Shown piece by piece: positions 20,863-31,696 of a stretch of DNA of 64,000 nucleotides. Below the pieces are notes generated by a model, which was not told the origin of the DNA, did no database searches, and saw only the letters and a list, made by a program, of their open reading frames with translations. Within the stretch, counting starts at the first letter, position 1; each line of letters starts with the position of its first letter. A program made the position numbers and the translations under genes. The stretch is from Podarcis pityusensis (taxonomy: Eukaryota): NCBI GenBank assembly GCA_964106645.2, contig CAXKZF020000137.1; one strand, 5' to 3'.

Positions 20863-21239
20863 TGAACCGATACGACGTCACTGTCACCCGCGAGGGCGCG
20901 TGGTGGATGGTCGCGATCCCCTCCATCGACGGGCTCACCCAGACCCGCCGACTCGCCGAGGCTCTCGACGAAGCGCACTCGTACATCGTCGTGGACCAGG
21001 ACCTCGCCCCATCGGAGGTCGAGGTGAACCTCACCGCGCTCATCGTCCACGGCACCGACGTGCTCGCACAGCAGCGCCGCATCGAGGAGCTGCGAGAGCA
21101 GCAAGCCGCGGCCGAGCGCGCTCTACGCGAGGTCAGCGAGAGCCTCGCCCGCCGGCTCGTCGCCGAGCAGGTCCCTCTACGCGACGTCGGTACGGTCCTG
21201 CATGTCTCGCATCAGCGTGCGCACCAGCTCGTTTCATAG
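20862..21239 (+). CDS. hicB: HicB family antitoxin
   Basis: TREGAWWMVAIPSIDGLTQ plus C-terminal HTH; TGATG overlap with hicA. Confidence 0.85.
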   Translation: MNRYDVTVTREGAWWMVAIPSIDGLTQTRRLAEALDEAHSYIVVDQDLAPSEVEVNLTALIVHGTDVLAQQRRIEELREQQAAAERALREVSESLARRLVAEQVPLRDVGTVLHVSHQRAHQLVS

Positions 21240-21396
21240 TCATTGCTGACGAGCCCCTGGCCAGGCCTGGGACAAGTTCCGGATCGTGCAGAGATCTTCT
21301 TGTGACGGCGTTGATGGACCTACGGATCTACCCAGCGCAGCCCGACGGCTGTTCGGTGTGCCTTCGCGGGTGACTGGCGACCTAGCTCAAGGGCCT

Positions 21397-22434
21397 TCAG
21401 CGGGTCCGGGTGACCTTGGACAGTCCGCGCGGGGCGTCGGGGTCGTAGCCGCGGGCCAGGGCCATCGCGAGGGCCATCTGCTGGAAGGGGATGACCTCGA
21501 GCAGCGGTGCGAGCTCGGCCGAGGTGCTTGGCAGCACAACGTCCGGGGTCCAGGCGCCGCCCGACGGGCCGACGACGTGCAGGTCAGCCCCGCGCTCACG
21601 GGCCCGCTCTAGCACCGGGCGCATCGCCTCTCCGCCTGCGCCGGGTGAGAGCGCGGCAAGGACTGGCTGGTCGTGGTCAAGCATGGCGAGCGGCCCGTGG
21701 AGCAGGTCGGCGCCTGAGAAGGCTTGGGCCCCGACGTACGAGGTCTCCATGAGCTTGAGCGCGGCCTCGCGGGCCGTCGGGTAGGAGAAGCCGCGGCCGG
21801 TGAGCACCATGCGCTCGGCGAAGCGGAAGCGCTCAGAGATCCTGGTTATCGACTTGTCGGCGACGACCTGTTCGGCGAGCTCGGGTAGTGCGCGCGCGGC
21901 GGTGGCGTCTCCCCCGCGCCAGGCGTCGACGAGCAGCCACAGGGTGAGCAGGGTGGCGGTGTAGGTCTTCGTCGCTGCGACCGCGCGCTCCTGGCCGGCT
22001 CCGATCTGCACGCGTAGGTCGGCCACCTCGTCCAGGGGCGAGCCGGTCGTATTGGTCACCGAGAGGGTGAGCGCGCCCCCGGCCTTGGCCGCCCGGGTCG
22101 ACTCGACGAGGTCGGGCGATCCTCCGGACTGGCTCACGGCGACCCACAGCACGCCCTCGGCGCGCGGGGTGGTCCCGAAGGTCGTCACTGTCGATGGCGA
22201 GGCCAGCCCGGCGGGCAGCCCGAGACCGACTTCGACGAGGTACTTGAGGTACAGCCCGGCGTGGTCGCTGGTGCCGCGGGCGGCGATGACGACGAAGCGG
22301 GGCGCGGCGCGCGCGACCTGAGCCGCGACGGCCGTGATCTCGCCGAGCCCGTCGCTGAGGACCTGCTCGAAGACCGCGGGCTGCTCGGCGATCTCCGCCG
22401 TCATCAGGGCGCCCGGAGGCGTGTCTGCGCTCAT
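21397..22434 (-). CDS. double-SIS glucosamine-6-phosphate deaminase/isomerase (NagB-II-like)
   Basis: EIAEQP, ARGTSDHA, SQSGGSPD, AVAATKTY, PRGLSKVT. Confidence 0.85.
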   Translation of the reverse strand: MSADTPPGALMTAEIAEQPAVFEQVLSDGLGEITAVAAQVARAAPRFVVIAARGTSDHAGLYLKYLVEVGLGLPAGLASPSTVTTFGTTPRAEGVLWVAVSQSGGSPDLVESTRAAKAGGALTLSVTNTTGSPLDEVADLRVQIGAGQERAVAATKTYTATLLTLWLLVDAWRGGDATAARALPELAEQVVADKSITRISERFRFAERMVLTGRGFSYPTAREAALKLMETSYVGAQAFSGADLLHGPLAMLDHDQPVLAALSPGAGGEAMRPVLERARERGADLHVVGPSGGAWTPDVVLPSTSAELAPLLEVIPFQQMALAMALARGYDPDAPRGLSKVTRTR

Positions 22435-23126
22435 GCCTGACCTTCCTCTGCGTGGGCGGCCGCGACGGCGTCGACGAACCAGCCGGTGATGGTGATCGGG
22501 TGGGTGATCGCCGTGCCGACGACGACGCTCCACGCTCCCCGCTGCAGGGCCTGCGCGGCCTGCTCGGGCGTGCGGATCCGGCCCTCGGCCACGACGGGCA
22601 CGTCGACGGCAGCCGCGAGAGCCGCGACGAGGTCGAGGTCGGGGCCCTCCCCCTTCGTCGTGTACGCGGTGTACCCGGCCAGAGTCGTGCCGACGAGGTC
22701 GGCGCCGGCCGCGGCGGCGGCCACCCCCTCCTCGAAGGTTGAGCAGTCGGCCATGACGAGCGCATCGGTGCGCTCGTGCACACCGGCGATCGTCTCGGCG
22801 AGGGTGCGCCCGTCGGGTCGGCGCCGGCTCGTCCCGTCCAGCGCGACGACGTGGGCGCCGGCCGCGGCGACGGCAAGCGCATGATCAAGGGTCGGGGTGA
22901 TGAAGACGTCGTCCTGGCCGTCCTTCCACAGCCCGACGAGCGGCAGGTCGACGGCTGCGCGGATCGCGGCGATGTCGTCCAGCCCCTGAGCCCGGATGGC
23001 GCCGGCACCGCCGCGGGCGGCTGACTCCGCAACCCGTCGCATCGTGCCGGGGTCGCGCATGGGCTCGCCGGGGTAGGCCTGGCAGGAGACGACAAGTCGT
23101 CCGCGGATCGCGTCGAGCATGGTCAT
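22431..23126 (-). CDS. nanE: N-acetylmannosamine-6-phosphate 2-epimerase
   Basis: LVVSCQA, GLWK, VFITPT, GTTLAGYT, VVVGTAITHP. Confidence 0.93.
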   Translation of the reverse strand: MTMLDAIRGRLVVSCQAYPGEPMRDPGTMRRVAESAARGGAGAIRAQGLDDIAAIRAAVDLPLVGLWKDGQDDVFITPTLDHALAVAAAGAHVVALDGTSRRRPDGRTLAETIAGVHERTDALVMADCSTFEEGVAAAAAGADLVGTTLAGYTAYTTKGEGPDLDLVAALAAAVDVPVVAEGRIRTPEQAAQALQRGAWSVVVGTAITHPITITGWFVDAVAAAHAEEGQA

Positions 23127-24082
23127 GCGACGAGCTCCCAGGCCAGGGTTGCCGCGCCGAGCAGCGCGGCGTCGCCGCCGAGGGTCGACGGGCGCAACGG
23201 CAGGTCGGCCAACGCCGGCAGCAACTCCGCGCGGAAGGCCTGCTCGAGCGGCTGCCACCAGTGCGCACCCAGGCCGGCGACGCCGCCGCCGACGACGACC
23301 ACGTCGGGGTCGACGACGTTCGCGAGCCCGCCCAGGGCGGCGCCCACAGCGGTCCCGCCGAGCCAGATGGTCCGCAGGGCGAGGTCGTCGCGGACGAGGA
23401 GGTTGTCCCCTTCGCCTGCGGGCGGGGTCGCGGGCACCCCTGCGCGCGTGGCCATCTCGCGCAGGTCGCCCACGGGCCGCCCACCGTGGCGGAGGTACTC
23501 CTCGACGAGTGCGGGTCCCGAGGCGATTGCCTCGAGGTGACCGCGGCCGCCGCAGCTGCACGGGACCCGGGCGGCGTGCACGCTGGGCTGGTGTCCGGCG
23601 TGCCCGGCGACCCCACGTGCCCCGATCAGGGGCCGCCCGCCGACGACGACGGAGGCGCCGATGCCGGTGCCGACGGCCAGGACGAGCACGCTCTCGCAGC
23701 CCTCCCCCGCTCCGCGGGTGGCCTCGCCCAGACCGTGCGCGTGGACGTCGCCGACGACCGTCGTGGGCAGGCCGGTCCTCTCGCGCAGGGCGCCGACGAG
23801 GTCGGTGCCGACCCAGTCGCGCAGCACGTCGGTCGAGCCGAGGACGCGGCCGGTGCTGGGCTCGACCACTCCTGCGCTGCCGACGCCGAGGGCGAGCGGG
23901 TCCCCCTTCGTCAGCGAGCCGATGAGGTCGGCGGCGGCCCGTCTGACCGCCTCTGACCCCTCAGACCCCGGGGTGCGGGTGCTCGCCCGGTCGAGGATCT
24001 CGCCGGAGCCGGTGACGAGCGCGGCGGCGGTCTTCGTGCCGCCGATGTCGAGTGCCGCGACGACGGGCTGGTGGGGGCTCAG
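23123..24082 (-). CDS. nanK: ROK family kinase (N-acetylmannosamine kinase)
   Basis: ALDIGGTKT, GTGIG, GHAGH, CSCGGRGHLEAIASG; apparent CTG start overlapping the nanA stop. Confidence 0.8.
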   Translation of the reverse strand: MSPHQPVVAALDIGGTKTAAALVTGSGEILDRASTRTPGSEGSEAVRRAAADLIGSLTKGDPLALGVGSAGVVEPSTGRVLGSTDVLRDWVGTDLVGALRERTGLPTTVVGDVHAHGLGEATRGAGEGCESVLVLAVGTGIGASVVVGGRPLIGARGVAGHAGHQPSVHAARVPCSCGGRGHLEAIASGPALVEEYLRHGGRPVGDLREMATRAGVPATPPAGEGDNLLVRDDLALRTIWLGGTAVGAALGGLANVVDPDVVVVGGGVAGLGAHWWQPLEQAFRAELLPALADLPLRPSTLGGDAALLGAATLAWELVA

Positions 24083-25017
24083 AGCAGGCCCGCCTCGGCG
24101 AGCTGTACCCGGACGCGGTGACGCTCGGCGCCGTCCAGCCGGCGCATGGGCAGCGAGACGGCGTTGGAGCCGATGACGCCGAGCAGCTCCAGGGCGGTCT
24201 TGAAGGCACCAACGCCGCGGGTGGCCCCGGCGGTCGTCGCGGGGTCGGGCGCGTCGACGATCCGGAAGAGGCGGGTGAGGCGGTCCTGCTCGTCCCGCGC
24301 GGTGGCCCAGTCACCGGAGCTCGCGGCGTCGTGAAGGCGCACGTACCCGTGCGGGTCGACGTTGCCAAGGCCCGGGACGGACCCGGCTGCGCCGGCGAGC
24401 ATGCTGCCGTCGACGACGACCTCGTGACCGGTGAGCGCCGAGAAGTGCGCCGGGGCGCCCGCGTCGCGCAGCGTGAGGGTGAGCTGGCGGAAGGAGACGT
24501 CGTCGCCGCTGGAGTCCTTGACCCCCGCGAGTACGCCGTCGCAGGCAAGCCGGGTCACGAGGTCGACCGAGAGCTTCGTGTGCACGCACACGGGGATGTC
24601 GTAGGCGAGCACCGGCAGGTCGGTGGCCGCGGCGACGGCGCGGAAGTGACGCTCGACCTCGTGCGGGCCGACGATCGCGTAGAACGGCGCGGTGACGACG
24701 ACCGCGTCGGCGCCGAGCCGCTCGGCCGCGGCGACACGGGTCATCACTCGGGCGGTCGTCGGCTCGATGCAGCCGGCCATGACGGGCACAGCACCGGCGG
24801 CGGTGCGGGTGATCACCTCGAGCGCGAGGTCGCGCTGGGCGTCGGTGAGGAAGACCGTCTCGCCCGAGCTGCCGAGCGCGAAGAGCCCGTGAACCCCGGC
24901 GTCGAGGAGGTGCCCGACGAGACGTTCGAGCGAAGGGGTGTCGACCTCCCCCTCGTCGGTCAGGGGGGTGACGACGGGCGGGACGACTCCCGTGTAGGTC
25001 GGTCCGGGGGTGCTCAC
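24079..25017 (-). CDS. nanA: N-acetylneuraminate lyase (DapA family)
   Basis: LGSSGE, AYDIP, GVKDSSGD; nan context. Confidence 0.85.
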   Translation of the reverse strand: MSTPGPTYTGVVPPVVTPLTDEGEVDTPSLERLVGHLLDAGVHGLFALGSSGETVFLTDAQRDLALEVITRTAAGAVPVMAGCIEPTTARVMTRVAAAERLGADAVVVTAPFYAIVGPHEVERHFRAVAAATDLPVLAYDIPVCVHTKLSVDLVTRLACDGVLAGVKDSSGDDVSFRQLTLTLRDAGAPAHFSALTGHEVVVDGSMLAGAAGSVPGLGNVDPHGYVRLHDAASSGDWATARDEQDRLTRLFRIVDAPDPATTAGATRGVGAFKTALELLGVIGSNAVSLPMRRLDGAERHRVRVQLAEAGLL

Positions 25018-26093
25018 TGAGACTCCTTGGCGTGCGTGGTGCGGTCGGTGGCCGGTCTGGCGAGGGCGACGAGCTCGGCGTCGGTGGTCCCGGCCGGGAC
25101 GGGGTGGTGGCAGCGCAGCTCGTGCCGCGTGCCGTTGTCGGTGGCGCCGGTGCGCGGCTGCGGCATCTCCTCGGCGCAGATCTCGCTCGCCGACCAGCAG
25201 CGGGTGCGGAAGGGGCAGCCGCTCGGAGGCCGGGTGGCCGAGGGCACCGGCCCGACGAGCGGGATCGGCTCGGTCGGCGAGAGCAGCCCGGGGGTGGAGG
25301 AGAAGAGCGCCCGCGTGTACGGGTGCTGCGCCCCGGTGGGCAGCTGACGCGCCGGGGTCTGCTCGACGATCCGGCCGAGGTACATCGTGATGACCCGGTC
25401 GCTGACCCGCTTGACGGTCTGGATGTCGTGCGAGACGAAGACCATCGCGAGGTCGAGCCGCTGCCCGAGGTCGAGGAGCAGGTTGAGGATCTGCGCACGC
25501 ACCGAGACATCGAGCGCGCTCGTCGGCTCGTCGGCGATGACGAGCCCGGGCTCCAGCGCCAGGGCCCGGGCGATCGAGACGCGCTGACGCTGCCCACCGG
25601 AGAGCTGGCTCGGCAGGACTTCGGAGACCGAGCGCGGCAGCCCGACGAGCTCCATGAGCTCGCCGACCCGGGCCTCGCGCGACGCTTTCGAGCCGCGGCG
25701 GTGCACGTCGAGCGGGTCGCGCAGGATGTCATGCACCGACATGCGCCGGTTGAGCGAGCTCGCCGGGTCTTGGAAGACCATCCCGACGCCGGCGCCGATG
25801 TGGTGGCGCCGCTCCGAGGAGTTCATCGACCACACGTCCTGCCCGGCGATGCTCACGGTGCCCGAGGTCGGCTTCTGCAGGCCGACGAGGACCTTCGCGA
25901 GGGTCGACTTGCCGCACCCGGACTCCCCGACGACACCGACGGTCTCGCCGGGACGGATCGCGAGGTCGGCGCCCGTCAGGGCGTGCACCCGCTCCCGGTC
26001 GAAGAGGCCGCCACCGCGGGTGCGATGCACGACGCTCACGTCCTCGAGGGTGACGATCGGCGTCGCGATCGGGGCGGGGGCCTGGGGGCTCAT
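25014..26093 (-). CDS. oligopeptide-type ABC transporter ATP-binding subunit
   Basis: GESGCGKST, LSGGQRQR, ADEPT, HPYT, GCPFRTRC. Confidence 0.92.
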   Translation of the reverse strand: MSPQAPAPIATPIVTLEDVSVVHRTRGGGLFDRERVHALTGADLAIRPGETVGVVGESGCGKSTLAKVLVGLQKPTSGTVSIAGQDVWSMNSSERRHHIGAGVGMVFQDPASSLNRRMSVHDILRDPLDVHRRGSKASREARVGELMELVGLPRSVSEVLPSQLSGGQRQRVSIARALALEPGLVIADEPTSALDVSVRAQILNLLLDLGQRLDLAMVFVSHDIQTVKRVSDRVITMYLGRIVEQTPARQLPTGAQHPYTRALFSSTPGLLSPTEPIPLVGPVPSATRPPSGCPFRTRCWSASEICAEEMPQPRTGATDNGTRHELRCHHPVPAGTTDAELVALARPATDRTTHAKESQ

Positions 26094-28113
26094 CGGGCCA
26101 TCTCCTTCTCCAGCTGCTCCGCCGGGTGGTGGCAGGCCGCGCGGTGCGTCGCATGACCGCGCAGCTCCGGGGTGGTCCTCTCGCACACCTCGGTGGCCAT
26201 CGGGCAGCGGTCGGCGAAGCGGCACCCCGCGGGGAAGTCGGCCGGTGAGGGCACGACCCCACGGATCTGGGTCAGCCGCTTCGCGCCGGTCTCGAGCGAG
26301 AGGACCGAGCCGAGAAGGCCGCGGGCGTAGTGGTGGGCCGGCGCCTCGATGACGTCGGCGGTGACGCCGGTCTCGACGACCTGCCCGCCGTACATGACGA
26401 CGACCCGGTCGGCGATGTCGCTGACCAGGGCGAGGTCATGGCTGACGAGGACGAGGGCGAAGCCGAGCTCTGCCTGGAGCCGCAGGAGCAGAGCGATGAC
26501 CTGCGCCTGCACCGTGACGTCGAGGGCCGTGGTCGGCTCGTCGGCGATGATGAGCTTGGGGTCGCGGGAGAGCGCCATGGCGATGACGACGCGCTGTCGC
26601 TGACCGCCGGAGAGCTCGTGGGGGTAGGACGCGAGGGTGCGCTGCGGGTCCAGCCCGACGAGTCCCATCAGTTCCTCGGCGCTGCGCGTGCCGCCGCGCC
26701 GGACGAGCTGGCCGAGCTGCGTGCCGACCTTCATCGAGGGGTTGAGCGCCGAGAGCGCGTCCTGGTAGATCATCGCGATCTCGCGGCCCATGAGAGCGCG
26801 GCGACGGGCGGCCCCGAGGTGGAGCAGGTCAGTGCCGGTGAAGGAGATCGTGCCGCTCACCCGAGCGTCCTTGGGCAGCAGGCCCATGACGGCCAGGGAG
26901 GTCAAGGACTTGCCCGAGCCGGACTCGCCGACCAGGCCCACGACCTCGCCGGGTCGCACGGCAAAAGAGATTCCGTCGACGATGTCGACCCCGTCGTGCC
27001 GCCCGTCGAAGCCGACCCGCAGGTCGGTGACCTCGAGGACCGGGTCGGCGAGCGAGACCGGACGGGATCGCTCGCGCAGCCGCTGGGCGGCTGCGTACAG
27101 ACCCGGGAGGGCGACGACCTCCCCCTTCGCGATGTCCCGGTTGTCGGCGGGGTCTGCGACGGCGACCTGGTCGTCGTGCTCGCCCTCGCTCTCGTCGGCG
27201 ATCTGCTCGGCGACGGGGGTGCTCACGCCGCCGGCGACGGCTGCGCGGCGGGCGGCCGGGGCGGCCCACGCGTCGGAGATGCCCTCGGAGAGGACGTTGA
27301 GCGCGAGGACGGTCACCAGGATGAGCAGGCCGGGGAAGAGGGTGGCCCACCAGCCGCCGATCTGCACCATCTCCTTGCCGAACGCGATGACCGAACCCCA
27401 TGAGGAGTCGGCCTCCTGCGGGGCCAGACCACCGCCGATGAAGGACAGTGAGGCCTCGAAGACGATGGCGTCGGCGACCATGACGGTGACGAAGACGAGG
27501 ACGGGTGCTGCGCAGTTGCGCAGACGTGCCGCACGAGGATGTGCGGGCGTCGGGCGCCGATGAATCCGTTCGGCCGCGACGTAGTCCTCTCCGTACTGCG
27601 ACAGGACGTTGGCGCGCACGATGCGGGCGACCGAGGGCATGAAGACGAAGCCGATCGCCAGCACGAGGACGACGAGGTTGTTCTTGCCGAAGGAGATGAT
27701 GAGCAGCGCCGACAGGACGATGGCCGGGAAGGCCATGACCACGTCCAGGCAGCGCATGACGACCTCGTCGACGACGGTGCGGCTCGTCGCGGCGATCGCG
27801 CCGAGGACGGTGCCGGCGACCAGGGCGATGGCTGCTGCACCGAAGCCCACGAGCAGTGAGCGGGGGTGCCGGCGACAAGACGCGAGTAGATGTCGCGGCC
27901 GAGCTTGTCGACGCCGAACCAGAACTCGCTGCTCGGGCCGGTGCTCGCCGGGGCGAGACCGGTCTGGGTCGGGTCGTGGGTCGTGAGCAGCGGCGAGAAG
28001 ATCCCGACGAGCACGACGAGACCGATGAAGCCGAGGGAGATCCGGGAGGCCCAGCCGAGGCGGGCGAAGCCGATGCCCGGGCGGGAGAGACGGTCAGTGA
28101 GTGCACGGCGCAT
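26090..28113 (-). CDS. fused ABC permease + ATP-binding subunit (DppC-DppD), frameshifted near 27560 and 27865
   Basis: FGVDKLGRDIYSRL, EASLSF, GESGSGKS, LSGGQRQR. Confidence 0.85.
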
Positions 28114-29070
28114 CAGTGGCCTCCTCGCAGGCGCGGGTTGGCGAACATGTAGAGGATGTCGACGACGAGGTTGACGAGGACGAAGGCCAGCGCGATCGTC
28201 AGCACCGTGCCTTGGGCCAGCGCCGTGTCGTTCTGCTGGACGGCGCTCATCACCTGGGTGCCCATCCCGGGCAGCGAGAAGATCGCCTCGATGATCACCG
28301 TGCCGCCGATGAGGTAGCCGATCCGCAGCCCCAGGACGGTGAGGGGGTTGACCAGGGCGTTGCGCAGGACGTTGCGGCCGACGACCACCCGCGGCGGCAG
28401 GCCGGCGCCGATCGCCGTGCGCACGTAGTCCCTTGTCGAGCTCCTCGACCATCGAGGTGCGCACGATTCGTGCCAGGGAGCAGCCGACGGGGATGGCCAG
28501 GGCCAGGGCGGGCATGGCCATCGACTGCAGCCACTGGCTCACCGAGTCGGCGGGGTTGACGTAGCCGCCGGTGGGGAAGATCGAGCGCCGTACGCCGAGC
28601 TCCTGGATGAGGAGCAGTGCGAGCCAGAAGGACGGGGTGGCGATGCCGGCCATCGAGACCAGGCGCATCACCTGGTCGGGCCAGCGATCGCGGTACAGGG
28701 CCGCGGTGATCCCGAGGGCGAGAGCGATGACGAGGGCACCGAGGACACCGAGCACCGTGAGCTGCACCGTGAGCGGCAGGGCGGTCGCGATCTTGTCCGA
28801 GACCGGCTCCGAGGGCGGGAAGGTCATGCCCAGGTCGCCGCGGGCGAGGTCGGCCAGGAAATGCACATACCGGACGGGCAGGGGGTCATCGAGCCCGTTG
28901 GCCGCCTTGAAGGCCTCGACCTGGGCCGGGGAGGCCTGGTCGCCGAGCACCGACAGAGCCGGTCGACTGGGGAGAACTGCATGATCACGAAGACGAACAA
29001 GGTGATGCCCAGGACCAGCGGGACCAGCGTGAGCAGTCGTCGGGGCGACCAGGCTGAGGACGTTCAGCAT
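28113..29070 (-). CDS. ABC permease (DppB-like), several frameshifts
   Basis: GLDDPLPVRY, PSFWLA, RTSMVEEL, IEAIFSLPGMG in different frames. Confidence 0.85.
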
Positions 29071-29148
29071 GGGTGTGTCTCTCTCGTCGGTGAGGAGGAG
29101 GTGGGTCGCGCCCGATCCGGGAGTGGACGGGCCGGGCGCGACCCGAAG

Positions 29149-29183
29149 GGGTCTGGCGGCCAGGCGGGGGCGCCGCCAGACCC
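29149..29183 (-). terminator. hairpin between SBP and permease genes
   Basis: gggtctggcggc...gccgccagaccc. Confidence 0.5.
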
Positions 29184-29188
29184 GGTCG

Positions 29189-30817
29189 TCAGCCCTTCGG
29201 GCTGGCGTCGAGGAAGTACAGGCCCGTCGTCGACGCACCGGCGAAGCCGGGGAGCTTCTCCTTGTCGTACGCGGTGACGACCTGCGTGTGCAGGACCGGG
29301 TAGAGGGCTGCGGAATCGGCGGCGAGATCGATTGCCTGCTTCCACAGCTCGTCCCGGGCCTGGGTGTCCTCGGTCTGGGAGGCCTTGTCGAGCAGGCCGC
29401 TCATCTTCGTGCGGTCGGCCTCGTCCCAGCGGTAGCGGTCCACCGGCCAGGTCTTGCCGGCGTAGAACCACCGCATGAGCAGGTCGGTGTCGGTGCCGAA
29501 GACCGTCGGGGTCGCCGGAGGCGGCGAGGACGCGGAAGGTGTCCTTGGGGACGACGTCGCCATAGATCGCAGCCGAGGGCTGGGTGTTGAGGGTGACCTT
29601 GACGCCGACCTTCTTCCACGCCTCGACGAAGAGCGGGGCGACGTCCTTGACGATCGCGTTGTCGGTGGTGTCGAGCTGGAAGGACAGGTTGGTGGCACCG
29701 GCGTCCTTGAGCAGCTGCTTGGCCTTCTCAGGGTCGTAGTCGTAGACCGTCGAGGCCTTCTGGTACCCCTTCGTGCTCTCGTCGAGGTAGCTCGTGGCCG
29801 GCGCGCCGTACCCGTTGAGCGCGGTCTTGATGACCGACTCCTTGTCGATGGCGTAGTGCAGCGCCTGGCGGACCCGCTTGTCGTCGAACGGCTTGGCCGA
29901 GCTGTTGAACATGAGGAAGACCTGGTTGAAGGCCTGCTTGGTGTCGACCGCGTACTTGCCCTTCAGCGAGTCGACGTTGAGGTAGGGCACCTGCTCGATG
30001 GCCTGGACGCGGCCGCTCTGCAGGTCGGCGATCCGCGCGGAGGCCTCGGTCGTCGTGCTCCAGGTCATCGTGTCGGCCTTGGCCGGCTTCGGCCCATTGT
30101 AGCTCTCGTTCTTCGACAGCTTCAGCCCGGTCTCCTTCGAGGCGCTGTCGAGCTTCCACGGACCGGAGCCGATCGGCTTGGTGTCGAAGGCCTTGGCGTC
30201 CGCAGCACTCTTCGTCTGGCCTCGGGGACGATCTTCACGACCGAGATCCGCTCCTTGAAGAGCGGGAAGGCGTACTTGAGCGTGAACTCCACGGTGGTGT
30301 CATCCGTGGCCTTCACCGATTCGATGAACGGGATGAAGCCCTGCATGAGCGGCGGCGCCTCGGGGTCCGCCGGCTTGAGGATGCGCTGGAAGGACCACGC
30401 GACGTCCTTCGCAGTCACCGGGGTGCCGTCGGAGAACGTCGCACCGTCGCGAAGGGTGGCCGTGTAGCTCTTGCCGTCGGCCCCCTCCTTCGGCTCCTCC
30501 TTGGCCAGCGCGAGGTAGGGCTCGCGAGTGATCGGGTCGAGGTCGACCAGGCCCTCGAAGATGTGCTGGTTGGCGTCGGTGGCGACGGCCGAGGAGGCGT
30601 TGGCCGGGTCGAAGCCGCTGGACAGGGTGAAAGCGAGGCTGGCCTGGATCGAGGTGCTGCCCGAGCCGCCGTCGTCGACTGCGTTCGTGGAGGACGGCCC
30701 GCCGCTGCACGCGCTCACGCCCAGGGCGAGGACAGCCGCGGCGGACGCCGCCCGGGCGGCGGTTCGGTAGGGACGTCGCGCACCCCGGCGCAGACGCGGG
30801 TTCTGTGTCGTGCTCAC
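29189..30817 (-). CDS. family 5 ABC substrate-binding lipoprotein (sialic acid), frameshifted near 29505 and 30200
   Basis: Lipobox VSAC, LRDGATFSDGTPVTAKDV, PFDDKRVRQAL. Confidence 0.85.
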
Positions 30818-30877
30818 TGCTGCCTCCAGGGGCGTCCGGGGCTCCTGGCCACGATGCCAGGAGCTCTCGATCCAGTC

Positions 30878-30898
30878 ATCAGACATCTGATGTCTGAT
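30878..30898. promoter_or_regulatory. NanR operator palindrome
   Basis: atcagacatc-t-gatgtctgat in the divergent promoter. Confidence 0.8.
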
Positions 30899-30951
30899 TT
30901 CCGATAGTGTGGAGAGTGACAGATTCATCCGCGAAGGGCAAGGGGCACAGC

Positions 30952-31683
30952 ATGGCGAGCATCGACGCGGCACCGCGCACCACCGGAGGCCGCCAGCCCC
31001 TGCGAGGGCAGGAGGTCGTGGAGGGAATCAAGGCCTACATCCTGCGCAACAAGCTGTCTTCGGGCGACCCGCTGCCCACCGAGAGCGAGCTGTGCGAGGC
31101 CGTCGGGGCCAGCCGCTCCAGCGTGCGCGAGGCCATCAAGACCCTCGCCGCCCTCGACATCGTCGACGTCCGGCACGGCCACGGCACTTTCGTGGGCCGG
31201 CTCTCGCTCACCGCGCTGGTCGAGAGCCTGGCCTTCCGCGGGCTGCTGAGCAGCGCCGAGGACCACGAGGTCCTCGGGCAGGTCGTCGAGGTGCGCCAGA
31301 CCCTCGAGCAGGGGCTGGCCGGGCAGATCATCGGCAGCCTTACCGACGAGCACCGCGACGAGCTCGGCGCCCTAGCCGCCGAAATGCTGCGCCGGGCCGA
31401 GCGTGCCGAGGACTTCCTCGACGTCGACCGCGAATTCCACCTCAAGCTCATGGAGCCGCTCGGCAGTGACCTGCTCATGCAGCTCACCGAGGCCTTCTGG
31501 CAAGTGCAGGCGATCGTCGCACCGAGCCTGCGCACCGACCCGCCAGAGGTAGTGCGCACCGCAGAGCTGCACCGGGCCATAGTTGAATCCGCCTCCTCGG
31601 GCGACGAGCGTCGTCTGCGCGAGGCGATCGCCGACCACTACGCCCCGATCCGCACCGCGATCGCGCGCGTCCACCGGGCCTGA
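30952..31683 (+). CDS. nanR: GntR/FadR family regulator of nan cluster
   Basis: GDPLPTESELCEAVGASRSSVREA, FCD domain; divergent from nan operon. Confidence 0.85.
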   Translation: MASIDAAPRTTGGRQPLRGQEVVEGIKAYILRNKLSSGDPLPTESELCEAVGASRSSVREAIKTLAALDIVDVRHGHGTFVGRLSLTALVESLAFRGLLSSAEDHEVLGQVVEVRQTLEQGLAGQIIGSLTDEHRDELGALAAEMLRRAERAEDFLDVDREFHLKLMEPLGSDLLMQLTEAFWQVQAIVAPSLRTDPPEVVRTAELHRAIVESASSGDERRLREAIADHYAPIRTAIARVHRA

Positions 31684-31696
31684 GCGGGGCGCTCTC

